Source: Thermodesulfobacteriota bacterium
Lineage (GTDB): Bacteria; Desulfobacterota_D; UBA1144; Nemesobacterales; UBA2774
NCBI GenBank assembly: GCA_965216785.1
Contig: OZ244197.1
Span: 2,720,001-2,784,000 of the forward strand
Direction of reading: 5' to 3'
DNA: 64,000 nt
Part shown: piece by piece, positions 48,399-57,665 of the stretch
Numbering within the stretch: the first letter of the stretch is position 1
Layout: the number at the start of each line of letters is the position of its first letter
Notes under the pieces: generated by a model
What the model was told of the DNA's origin: nothing
What the model saw: only the letters and a program-made list of their open reading frames with translations
Database searches by the model: none
Translations under genes and position numbers: made by a program

Positions 48399-48472
48399 GA
48401 AACCAGATTAAGGGCTTGGTTTGGACACCCTCTTCCAACCTCAACCAGACATCCAAACCAAGCCTTTCCTTT
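48399..48472 (+). ncRNA. Candidate small RNA / terminator hairpin
   Basis: Promoter TTGAAA-17-TATAAT with extended TG (48364-48392); GGCTTGGTTTGGA/TCCAAACCAAGCC stem, C-rich loop, pyrimidine tail. Confidence 0.45.
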
Positions 48473-48481
48473 CATTATATC

Positions 48482-48817
48482 CTAAAATTTACTTAATTTA
48501 CAGTGTTTTATTGCTTCTTCGAATTCTTTTATACTTTCTGCCCTTCCTGAATCTCGGGAATCTCCACCTGTAATATCAAATACAAGTTTTGAATACTCCT
48601 CGTTTGAAAGTTTTTCTAATAGCATTTTAGAAGCGCAGTCACACCTGGCGTCGCATAAAGAAGAGTCTCCGAATTCAAGAACACACTCTCTTACGCAGTA
48701 GGCATTGAGTTTTTCCTCCGGGGTTTCATTACTACTTACGCCGCAAGAGGTGTAAGCAAGAATGCTTCCAAATAGGAGGAAAATCAGGACATGCATATTC
48801 AGGGTTTTAATTAACAT
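48482..48817 (-). CDS. Small Cys-rich lipoprotein
   Basis: YTSC lipobox; CVREC..CDARCDC..C. Confidence 0.7.
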   Translation of the reverse strand: MLIKTLNMHVLIFLLFGSILAYTSCGVSSNETPEEKLNAYCVRECVLEFGDSSLCDARCDCASKMLLEKLSNEEYSKLVFDITGGDSRDSGRAESIKEFEEAIKHCKLSKF

Positions 48818-49441
48818 CTATTTTTTATCACCCTTTCCAAGATCTATCGTAACGGCTTGTTCCCTATACTGTGAGGGGCCGAGAGTGAGCTTGTTACCCT
48901 CTAAAGTGACTTTGCCGCTATCCCTGTCGCCGAGCGTGATCTGACCGATGCAGGTAATTATGAGCCTTCTGTCCTGAGTCTTGTTGTTCTCATTATCAAA
49001 GCTCCAATAATTCTTAAAAGAGTCTTTGATCAGAAATATAGACTCGGCAACCATAGTGCCGCCCGTGCTCGAGCGGGTTGCGAGAACGAACAAGCCGCTG
49101 TCTGACTTGCCGAGATATTTATATGCGAAGCTGCCTTTCCCGCCCTCATCGAGATCGTATCCATAGCTAATGTATCCATCCTCGCCGGTATTAAACGGCA
49201 TATAGAATTCGTTACTCGTTACGCATGCCCTGACATCCACAGACCTGACAATCGGGGGTGGAGAATCAGCCATGGAGACGTCAAACTCTCTGACGCAGCC
49301 CGGATGCACTGGCTTTAGCTGGTAGGTAAAATCATGAAGGATATCTTTTATGGCAGCGACGAGTGTCTCGGGCTGTTGATCCGCACAAATTCCCGGGACC
49401 GAGATCGAAATAAATAGAGCTATTGCAAGTAGGTATTTCAT
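48818..49441 (-). CDS. Hypothetical secreted protein
   Basis: Signal peptide, RBS GGAGG, PVHPGC. Confidence 0.75.
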   Translation of the reverse strand: MKYLLAIALFISISVPGICADQQPETLVAAIKDILHDFTYQLKPVHPGCVREFDVSMADSPPPIVRSVDVRACVTSNEFYMPFNTGEDGYISYGYDLDEGGKGSFAYKYLGKSDSGLFVLATRSSTGGTMVAESIFLIKDSFKNYWSFDNENNKTQDRRLIITCIGQITLGDRDSGKVTLEGNKLTLGPSQYREQAVTIDLGKGDKK

Positions 49442-49586
49442 AACGGCTTGCCTCCCATATACTTTCTTATCTTCTCTTTAAATAATTTATTTGACCAATC
49501 CAGTGTACCATTATTCGCGAGCTTGTGTATATTGGATAAGACAAATAAAAAACTGCGTTAGCCTGAGCTTAAATATACACCTAAAA

Positions 49587-51143
49587 ATGTTTATAGACCT
49601 CGCAATAATACTCACATACTTCGTTGTAATAATGGTTATCGGTATATGGAGCCGAGTAAAATCGGACGTCGGCGTGGAGGAGTATTTCCTTAGCTCGCGC
49701 TCTCTTAAGTGGCCATATATAGCGGTATCCACTATTGCGACTAACATACAAGCAAACCACTTTATTGCCGTGGCCGGCTCGGCGTACGTGTTCGGGCTTG
49801 CGCAGGCAAATCTGGAAATTAACGCTGTATTCGGAATCCTGGTGGCGGCGTTCATATTCGTACCTATATACCTTCGAATGAGGGTCGTTACGATCACACA
49901 GTTTTTCGAGGCCAGACTGGGATCGAAGGTGGCGCTCGCGTATTCGGTATTTATGATAATCCTGTATTCGTGCATGTACCTGGGGACTGCGCTATTTTGG
50001 GCGGCGTACGCAATACACGGAGTGTTCGGGGAATTATTTAACTCGATCAACCTGAGCGTACCGGCAAGAATTGCGGTGCTTATTGTAATAACAGGGACTT
50101 TCTCTGCGGCCTACACATACCTGGGTGGATTGAGAGCGGTCGTGAGGACCGACGTAGTGCAGTTCTTTTTACTAGTTCTGGGAGGGTTTGTGATATTGTG
50201 GGTGGCGGTGAGCCACCTGGGAGGGTTCTCGGAGCTCTGGAGCACTACGGGGGACATGATGCATCTTCACTTACCGAGCGACCATGATACCCTGCCCTGG
50301 ACCGCTATACTGGGGATGCTGCTGCTTAATCTGAATTACTGGGGCGCAAACCAGGTGATACTGCAGCGCGCGCTTGCGGCAAAGGACCTTAAGCAGGCTC
50401 AGATCGGGCTTCTGGTGGGAGGGGTGCTGAAGTATGTTATGGCTATGCTAATAATTATCCCCGGTATTGCACTTGCAGGCATACTAAAAGAAAACCCCCT
50501 TAAAGACCCGGACCTTACCTATCTGACACTGGTTAACGACTACCTGCCGGCAGGCATACGGGGGCTTATATTGACAGGCCTCTTCGCGTCGCTTATGAGT
50601 ACGCTCGACTCAATATTTAACTCAGTCTCGACCCTGTGGTCGATAGATATATACAAAAAATATATTAACCCCCGTGCGTCAGAGGCCCGAACCGTGCAAG
50701 TGGGACGGTATTCGATAGTGGCGTCTTTAATAACGGGCGCGCTGTTTGCTTTCGTTGTAGTCTACGTGAAGTTTGGGAACCCAGGGTTTCCGCTCACCCA
50801 CTGGTTTAACTCGATGTCTTATTACATCAAGATCGGGTTTGTGATAATAGTGATGTCTGCTATGTTCTTGTATAAACCGAACAGGCATCTGGTGCTCTTT
50901 ACAATGCTTATTAGCGTAGTTATTACATACGCTTTTCAAACGCTTCTTCCCGAGATGAATTATTTTGTGAGAACGGCATGGGTGATAGTAATCGGGTTTT
51001 TGATGATTGCTGTACCGACAATAGTAAAGAGCGGGTTCAGGCTTCCTCAGGATAGGTTATTTGAAGTATCGCACAGGAGCGTGCTGCATTTCGGGATTAT
51101 ATTGGCGTTATCGCTTGTTGGAGCGCATATTGTACTTCATTGA
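49587..51143 (+). CDS. Sodium:solute symporter (SGLT-like)
   Basis: EYFLSSR, GGLRAVVRTD, YWGANQVILQR, ASLMSTLDS. Confidence 0.92.
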   Translation: MFIDLAIILTYFVVIMVIGIWSRVKSDVGVEEYFLSSRSLKWPYIAVSTIATNIQANHFIAVAGSAYVFGLAQANLEINAVFGILVAAFIFVPIYLRMRVVTITQFFEARLGSKVALAYSVFMIILYSCMYLGTALFWAAYAIHGVFGELFNSINLSVPARIAVLIVITGTFSAAYTYLGGLRAVVRTDVVQFFLLVLGGFVILWVAVSHLGGFSELWSTTGDMMHLHLPSDHDTLPWTAILGMLLLNLNYWGANQVILQRALAAKDLKQAQIGLLVGGVLKYVMAMLIIIPGIALAGILKENPLKDPDLTYLTLVNDYLPAGIRGLILTGLFASLMSTLDSIFNSVSTLWSIDIYKKYINPRASEARTVQVGRYSIVASLITGALFAFVVVYVKFGNPGFPLTHWFNSMSYYIKIGFVIIVMSAMFLYKPNRHLVLFTMLISVVITYAFQTLLPEMNYFVRTAWVIVIGFLMIAVPTIVKSGFRLPQDRLFEVSHRSVLHFGIILALSLVGAHIVLH

Positions 51144-51152
51144 TTAACTTAA

Positions 51153-51848
51153 TTAGGAAGGCTTCTTTTTCATGACAATAGGAAACACGCACTTCGGGGC
51201 GCCGTAGCCCTGGGTTTGGTAGCGGGATTTGTCGAAGGTGAAACCGTGTTTTTCCGGCTCTACCATGTCAAACCACAGTGAGTCCAGCTGGCAGAGAATG
51301 GGGGTGAGAAAAGCAGCGTCGTGTGAAGAGAAGAAATTAAAGTAATAGCAGTTCTGAATCTCAAGAGAGAAACCGTCTTGGTGCTCCGTCTCTGTGTGTA
51401 CAGCTGTCCAATCAAAAGTTGTTCCGTATTGCTCCATGAGCCAGCTGAAAATATCTTTTAGACGGTCAGGGTTATTTTTACACGCCGCAAGCATGAGGGT
51501 CAGAGACGTGCGCATCGATATATCATTAATGCCATTCATCATTGCGGTTGAAATAAACTCATATGTAGATTCTTTAGTGCCGAGCACAGGAAGTAAATTA
51601 TTGTGTGCCGACAATATATTTGAGCATAACTCGAGGTGGCCGTGAGAGGGAGCATCTATAACGGTGGAAGCGTTCGCCTGCTCAATCTCCTTGGATTCTT
51701 TTTTTATGGACTCGATCATTGAACCCGTATCAATACCGAGATTATTTATCTCTGACTTAAGTCCTGAAATGAATTTTGCAGAGGCTACATGACCGAATAC
51801 GTAGTGTTTTAGGAAATCGCCGATATCTGACAAGGTGTACCCCCCCAA
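51153..51848 (-). CDS. ATC hydrolase-like / V4R-related protein
   Basis: IQNCYY..ILCQLD..TQGYGAPKCVF Cys pattern; start uncertain. Confidence 0.65.
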   Translation of the reverse strand: MGGYTLSDIGDFLKHYVFGHVASAKFISGLKSEINNLGIDTGSMIESIKKESKEIEQANASTVIDAPSHGHLELCSNILSAHNNLLPVLGTKESTYEFISTAMMNGINDISMRTSLTLMLAACKNNPDRLKDIFSWLMEQYGTTFDWTAVHTETEHQDGFSLEIQNCYYFNFFSSHDAAFLTPILCQLDSLWFDMVEPEKHGFTFDKSRYQTQGYGAPKCVFPIVMKKKPS

Positions 51849-52378
51849 TCAGAGAAATTGTGATTATGTTAATAAAGATTATTGCAGAACTTAGTATTTA
51901 TTTCCAGTAGCTTGCTATTAAGACTTAACTGTAAAGGTTAGTTCTTATAACTTCTTTTGAGTGATCACACACGAAGTGTGACTTACTAAAAGATTGCAAA
52001 AATCACCGACTGGACACTCACAAAGTGAGTTTTTAGAAATGTACCTAAATAACGGGGCTAATTTCGGACAGCATAACGTTATGTAGAAATCGAATGTCTG
52101 CACGCACAGCGTGTACGCTAAAAGTTCAATATTCTGGCTAAACCTTATAATTCTACCCACACCCCGTATAAGGTTTTTAACGCGGACACAGAGTGTCCTT
52201 CATTCGGTTTCTGCATAGCTTATGAAGCAGGGTAAACAGATGAGGTTCTTATGGACTCCATAAGTAATTGAGAAACAGTCTGCCTGCGGGCGCTGCCCGC
52301 ACTTTCTTAACGCTATTTATGTATGTCGGAGTACTCTCACACTTCGGCAAGCTCAGTGTAAAAGGGTTTAAAATCACT

Positions 52379-52885
52379 CTATATCCCGCCTCTTACCAGT
52401 AATACCGCAAGGGCAATAACAAGGATGGCCAGAATAAAATTAATCCGCCCCAACCAAGAGGTCATTTTTCTATATTTTCTACTTTCAGAGGACTTGGGAT
52501 CACCTCTCATGAGAGCGACCGCCCTTGGCCCAATCCAGAAATCATGGACCACGCTAATGAGGAGGATAAGCACCACCAGAATAAGCTTTTGAAGCAATAC
52601 GTGTCCGAACGAGCCCGCGAAAATCCTGCCGCTCAAGAAATCTGAAAGACCGAAACCTCGAAACGCAAGGTTCACGATTCCTGTAAGCACGAGCAGAAAA
52701 AGGGATATCCACCCCACTGTGCGGAAGCGGCGTCCGATCTTTAGAAAAAGCTTTGAGAATATGCTTTGGTACTCCGGGCTCCGAAGTACCGGAACGAGAA
52801 CGAGTATGAGGAAAAACATACCGCCAACCCAGACAATGGAGGAAATGATGTGAAGCCAGACAGAGGCGAGATAAAGGATTTGCAT
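52379..52885 (-). CDS. DUF4149/CopD-like membrane protein
   Basis: WLHIISSIVWVGG, LTG, HDFWIGP. Confidence 0.8.
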   Translation of the reverse strand: MQILYLASVWLHIISSIVWVGGMFFLILVLVPVLRSPEYQSIFSKLFLKIGRRFRTVGWISLFLLVLTGIVNLAFRGFGLSDFLSGRIFAGSFGHVLLQKLILVVLILLISVVHDFWIGPRAVALMRGDPKSSESRKYRKMTSWLGRINFILAILVIALAVLLVRGGI

Positions 52886-52968
52886 TATATTTAATTACAC
52901 CGCTTTTCGAATTTCAGCTACGAACCATACATGTAGAATGTTGTATATTCAAAGGTTAAATATTTTTG

Positions 52969-53045
52969 TGGACTCCCGGCAAATACAATCGGGAATGATA
53001 ATTTATCACCCCCACCTTTAATCCTCCCCCGTCAAGGGGGAGGAG
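52969..53045 (+). repeat. REP-like palindromic mosaic 4
   Basis: TGGACTCCCG..TCGGGAATGA plus TCACCCCCACCTTTAATCCTCCCCCGTCAAGGGGGAGGAG; same composite as 26877-26954. Confidence 0.8.
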
Positions 53046-53059
53046 TTTAAAATATGAAA

Positions 53060-55069
53060 TTATTGACTAAAGTCGGCTATGTGCTCAGCCGTCTCAAGGG
53101 CTTTGACTTCAACTGAGAACTCTTTTAGCGGCTTGCCTTCCAATTTAAACGCTTGTATGGTGACGTCATACGAGCCCGGAATTAATATGAACTCTTTTGG
53201 GTTACCCTTTTGTTTCAAACCCGTGCGTCCCTGGGCAATCTGTTCACCCGTCCTCGCGTCTTTGATTATAACAATGCTATCTATCAGGGTCTCACCCGCC
53301 GTAGCGCCGACTTTTAATATCCCGCTTGAGAACTGCGCCGTATGCTCAATAGTCTCGCCGCCCTTGATCTCGATACCGTTAAACTCTTCTGAGGGCTTAC
53401 CTTGTACTTTTACGGCCGTGACTTTAACGTCATACACCCCAGGAACAAGATCAAATACCTTAGGGTTTGATTTCGAGCTTACGTAGGTTCGTCCCTGGGT
53501 TATTTTCTCACCGGTTTTTGAATCCGTAATAGTGACTAAGGCGTCTACAAATTTTTCACCTTCTCTGGCGCCTATCTTTATTTGCCCGCTTGAGAACTGC
53601 GCGGTCCTCTCAACGGTCTCAGAAGCCTTAATTTCAATACCGCTCATTTCCTGAGAAGGCTGATTCGTTATCTTTACCGCCGTAACGATTACATCATAAA
53701 CACCGGGGCTAAGCTCAAAGACCCTAGGGTTTGTTTTTGAGCTTATGTACGTGCGCCCCTGAGCGACCTGCTCGCCGGTATCGGGATTTTTAACCTGGAT
53801 ACGGGCATCAACAAACTTTTCTCCTTTAAGAGCGCCAACCTTTAGCGTTCCGCTCGAGAAATCAATGAGTTGTTCGAGCGTCTCACCGCTCTGTATTTCA
53901 AGGGCTTTTAAGCTGCGTGAGGGGGTGCCTTCAATTTTGATCGCGTTAACTTCAACGTCATACACACCCGGACTGAGCTTAAAAATAATAGGGTTGGTAT
54001 TGGATTTTGTATATGTGCGTCCCTTCGCGATAATCACTTCTGTTTCAGGTTTATATACTTTGACGGCTGCGTCCATTAACTTAGCGTTACTCAGTACTTT
54101 CAGGGACAGCTCGCCGAAGCTAAAATCGACTTCTTTTTCAACTACCACTCCTTCCTTTAATTCTATAGCTGAGATAGTGCGGCTCTCGACCCCTTTCATA
54201 CCCATTGGGATCACCTCAAGATCGTAGATCCCATCGGGCAGAGACATAATCCTGGGGTTCGTATTAGGTTTTGAATAGGTCCTTTGTCCTTTGAGCTCTT
54301 CGTCTGTTTGTGTGTTGGTTAATACGAGCCGCGCGTCCTGAAGTTTTCCTTCAGCAGTTACTTTTACACTGAGCTTGCCCGTGGGGAGATCGGCTGGAAT
54401 CTCCACGGCGCTGGTGAGCGCGTTTGAGAGTTCGTAGGAGTTATTGGCGCTGAAGTACAGACCTCCACCTGCTTGGGCTGCGCACTCTAGCTGTGAGACG
54501 TCTTCCTTCGATACGTCGAAACCAACTACGTGCATGATGAAATTGACGCCGGCTTCCTTTGCTTCCTTTACCGCTTTACACGGATCACCGCCGCAGGTCT
54601 CTATGCCGTCGCTTACGAGAATTACAGTAACGGCGTCTTCGGTCGCCCGGACTGACTCAAAAGCCTTTAGCACCGAGTCAGTTATCGGTGTCTTACCCTT
54701 TGGATTTAGGGCCTCGATTTTTTCATTCAGAGCCTCTTTATCGATAGGACCGATCTCAACAATTGTCTCTATGTCTTTACAATCACCCTTTTGCCTGTGG
54801 CCGTAGGCGATGAGCCCGACTTCAGTGCCTTCGGGCAGCTCGCCCGTTATATCCTTAAGCACGCTCTTTGCAATACTGATTTTGTTTTCGCCATTGATCT
54901 GGCCCCACATGGAGCCCGAGGCATCGAGTATCAAAAGCAGCTTGCCCGACGAGGGGGCGTCTGGGGTTTGGGCAAAGGTGCTTGAGGATATACCGTTTAA
55001 TGTGAACGATAATATTAGTAACAAGAGGTAGGTCACGTAGACATTACTGCGGAATGATATTGTAATCAT
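53060..55069 (-). CDS. Secreted VWA-domain protein with five ~88-aa repeats
   Basis: MIDAS DASGSM, SDGIETCGGDPC; repeated FSSG.LKVGA..GRTY..NP..L.PG.YDV. Confidence 0.88.
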   Translation of the reverse strand: MITISFRSNVYVTYLLLLILSFTLNGISSSTFAQTPDAPSSGKLLLILDASGSMWGQINGENKISIAKSVLKDITGELPEGTEVGLIAYGHRQKGDCKDIETIVEIGPIDKEALNEKIEALNPKGKTPITDSVLKAFESVRATEDAVTVILVSDGIETCGGDPCKAVKEAKEAGVNFIMHVVGFDVSKEDVSQLECAAQAGGGLYFSANNSYELSNALTSAVEIPADLPTGKLSVKVTAEGKLQDARLVLTNTQTDEELKGQRTYSKPNTNPRIMSLPDGIYDLEVIPMGMKGVESRTISAIELKEGVVVEKEVDFSFGELSLKVLSNAKLMDAAVKVYKPETEVIIAKGRTYTKSNTNPIIFKLSPGVYDVEVNAIKIEGTPSRSLKALEIQSGETLEQLIDFSSGTLKVGALKGEKFVDARIQVKNPDTGEQVAQGRTYISSKTNPRVFELSPGVYDVIVTAVKITNQPSQEMSGIEIKASETVERTAQFSSGQIKIGAREGEKFVDALVTITDSKTGEKITQGRTYVSSKSNPKVFDLVPGVYDVKVTAVKVQGKPSEEFNGIEIKGGETIEHTAQFSSGILKVGATAGETLIDSIVIIKDARTGEQIAQGRTGLKQKGNPKEFILIPGSYDVTIQAFKLEGKPLKEFSVEVKALETAEHIADFSQ

Positions 55070-55156
55070 CGAGAAAGTCCTCCAACCGGATTTTATATTG
55101 TATTGAATTGGAATTCTACACAAAAAAATTGGTAATTAAAAAAGGAGAAAGAATAA

Positions 55157-56101
55157 TCAGCCGGTTTTGAGTAGTTTTGGGGGGAACTTTTTTAGGTTCT
55201 CTACCAATTTGAACACTGATAGATGGTGTAAACGTGACTGAAAATAAAGATCTAAGAGAAGACGCCAGGAGATGGCCGGTTTTGCCGCTAGATAGACAGG
55301 CTTCCACTCAGGTCCGAACTTATTTTTGAAGTCGTAAAGACCCTTGTAATTAAAAGAGTGCATCATTAAGCGCCTTGATCTAAAGATTAGCGCTTTAGCA
55401 TAAGTCTTGGATTGACAGGGCACGGAATCTTCTGAGTCTGTAGAGATAAACGGTACCTCGCCAAGGCTCAGGTGTGTAAACCCCTCATCTTTGAGTACGC
55501 TCATTACAGAGACAAAAAGGGATTCCATAACACCCACCGGTGCGTTTTTTCTTCTTAAAATGGTTTCTGTATGCGTATAAGACTCGTCTTGAACGGATAG
55601 TGTGAGCGCGCCGAGCCATTGGCCTTCACTCGTTTCCAAAACAAAACATCTGGTACTCTGCTCAAAACCCGTTCTGTACAGATTGGATAGCTTGGGCTCC
55701 GGGGCATGAGCGCTATCAAGCGCTAGCCTGGAAACTTTATTAATGTAGAATTCCGAGTACGGAGCTTCACGGACGAAGCCGTGACGCCCTCCCCGCCTGG
55801 CAAGCTCTAATACCGAGCGTTTGAGACCAGAGGGGTTATTTAAATCAACTACCGCTTCCGCACCAGTCCTGACTACGTCCGCTCCACGGTCTTTTAAATA
55901 CTCGGCGGACCCTGCGCTAACTCCACGAATTACGAAGCCTGGGAAATCTGTGATCAAATCGCTGAAGAAATCTTCATTTGAGTAGTGAACGGGTATTTCG
56001 GCTGTTGATATCCAGTAGAGTCCTGATAGGGGAAGGTGTAGTGAGTTGAAGTTTGGATACTCTATTTTTTTCCTGCACCAGCTGAGGGGTAGTCTGTTCA
56101 T
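55157..56101 (-). CDS. Stand-alone MprF/DUF2156-like aminoacyltransferase domain protein
   Basis: GAEAVVDL, RRKNAPVGVME, SLGEVP, GLYDFKNKFGPEWKPVYLA. Confidence 0.8.
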   Translation of the reverse strand: MNRLPLSWCRKKIEYPNFNSLHLPLSGLYWISTAEIPVHYSNEDFFSDLITDFPGFVIRGVSAGSAEYLKDRGADVVRTGAEAVVDLNNPSGLKRSVLELARRGGRHGFVREAPYSEFYINKVSRLALDSAHAPEPKLSNLYRTGFEQSTRCFVLETSEGQWLGALTLSVQDESYTHTETILRRKNAPVGVMESLFVSVMSVLKDEGFTHLSLGEVPFISTDSEDSVPCQSKTYAKALIFRSRRLMMHSFNYKGLYDFKNKFGPEWKPVYLAAKPAISWRLLLDLYFQSRLHHLSVFKLVENLKKFPPKLLKTG

Positions 56102-56289
56102 GACGACAAGTTACTAATGAATAGATTTGAGTATGAAATATACTTGAAGTTACGGGTAAATCTACTGATGGGCCAATAAAGGAACTTTATTCTCAAGCTC
56201 AAATTTCTTTCTCTGATAACAATATATGAGGTAAATTATAAGAAAGTGGAGATCAACGGTGCTGATCAAATAAAGAGAGGGAGAATAAA

Positions 56290-56859
56290 ATGAAAACGAA
56301 CGCTTATTTATTCATATTTATTACTATATTTGCTATAACTTTATTCTCATGCGGCGGGGATAATGAAGGAGATCAGAGCCAGGAGACTTTTACAAACCCA
56401 TTTCAGTACTGTAAAGCTGTAGGCAGCGTGGATGAGCCGGGCGAGAACTACACTGGGGAGAAGGTGCCTACTTATATTGCCGAGCAGTTGAAGGAAGAGT
56501 TCGGTGCTCCGGAGTCGGCCCCGGTGGACGTATTTGTTAGAGGTACGTACTGGCGTTGTATGGACGGGAGCGTTTATGCGTGTAACGTAGGAGCTAACCT
56601 ACCCTGCCAGGAAAAGGCCGACGTGAGCAAAGAGCCGAACGAAGGGATGATAAATTACTGTAAGGAAAACCCTGACGCGGAATTCATTCCCGCCTTCGCG
56701 CAGGGGCGCACTACGGTTTATGAATGGAAGTGCAAGGGTAGTGAGCCTGAGATTGTAAAGCAGGTTATAGACACAGACGCTGCCGGGTATCAGAAGAACT
56801 TCTGGTACAAGATTAAACCGCCTGAGGATATAGACCAAAGGGATATACTAAGAGAATAA
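56290..56859 (+). CDS. Cys-rich lipoprotein
   Basis: LFSC lipobox; WRCMDG..ACNVGANLPC. Confidence 0.8.
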   Translation: MKTNAYLFIFITIFAITLFSCGGDNEGDQSQETFTNPFQYCKAVGSVDEPGENYTGEKVPTYIAEQLKEEFGAPESAPVDVFVRGTYWRCMDGSVYACNVGANLPCQEKADVSKEPNEGMINYCKENPDAEFIPAFAQGRTTVYEWKCKGSEPEIVKQVIDTDAAGYQKNFWYKIKPPEDIDQRDILRE

Positions 56860-56880
56860 ACCTGCAGACCGAGTCTTAAA

Positions 56881-57591
56881 ATGAGCAGAAGCCAGAGAAG
56901 GCCCGTAGCCATAATAGGCGCTATGGACGAAGAGATTGATCTATTTTTAAAACACTCCAAAGTTAGCCGTGAGCACGACTGGAATTACTTTACCTTCAGA
57001 GAGACTGAGCTTGAGGAGACTAGAGTAATTATTGTAAAATCGGGAGTGGGCAAAGTTTTTGCGGCAATGATAAGTGAGAAGCTTATAGATGAATATAACC
57101 CACGGAGCGTTATATTAACCGGAGTCGCCGGCTCACTTAACACAGAGCTTGAAATAGGGGATGTCGTTATAAGCACAGACTGTATTCAGCACGACCTGGA
57201 CGCTCAGGCTCTGGGGTTTATGCGGGGAGCGATACCATACACGGAGCACAGAGTATTCACTGCTGACCCGGGCTTAAGAAAGTCGGCGCTTAAAACGAGG
57301 CTAAGGGGTAACAAGGTAATTACCGGGAGGATACTAACAGGAGACCAGTTCATTACAAAGCATGAGATGAAGGACCATAAATATTTGGTAGACGAGCTCA
57401 GAGGAGACGCTATCGAGATGGAGGGAGGCGCTGTGGCTCAGGTATGCGCCATTAACAGTGTGCCGTTCTTAATTGTTAGAACCGTTTCTGACAGAGCGGA
57501 CGGAACTGCCGCTGAAGACTTTAACAAGTTCATGCCGACAGTGGCCAAGAACTCATATAACGTTGTGAAAACCGTTCTTAGAAGTTTATAA
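56881..57591 (+). CDS. mtnN: 5'-methylthioadenosine/S-adenosylhomocysteine nucleosidase
   Basis: IIGAMDEE, SGVGKV, TGDQFI, EMEGGA, RTVSDRAD. Confidence 0.95.
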   Translation: MSRSQRRPVAIIGAMDEEIDLFLKHSKVSREHDWNYFTFRETELEETRVIIVKSGVGKVFAAMISEKLIDEYNPRSVILTGVAGSLNTELEIGDVVISTDCIQHDLDAQALGFMRGAIPYTEHRVFTADPGLRKSALKTRLRGNKVITGRILTGDQFITKHEMKDHKYLVDELRGDAIEMEGGAVAQVCAINSVPFLIVRTVSDRADGTAAEDFNKFMPTVAKNSYNVVKTVLRSL

Positions 57592-57665
57592 TCCCTTCAA
57601 ATAATAAGACCTATACTGATTTAACTATGGACTGTAAACGGTCTTAAACACTGAACTATTGCTAC

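Noticed and set aside
52054-52070. GGGGCTAATTTCGGAC resembling a tmRNA 5' end
   Set aside because: No matching tRNA-like 3' end (T-arm plus CCACCA) or tag ORF found downstream
51945-52160. 71-aa Cys-containing minus-strand ORF
   Set aside because: No RBS or recognisable motif; lies in the hairpin-rich intergenic tract
26915-53045. Repeats considered as a CRISPR array or IS ends
   Set aside because: Copies are dispersed with no regular spacers, and no cas or transposase gene is present
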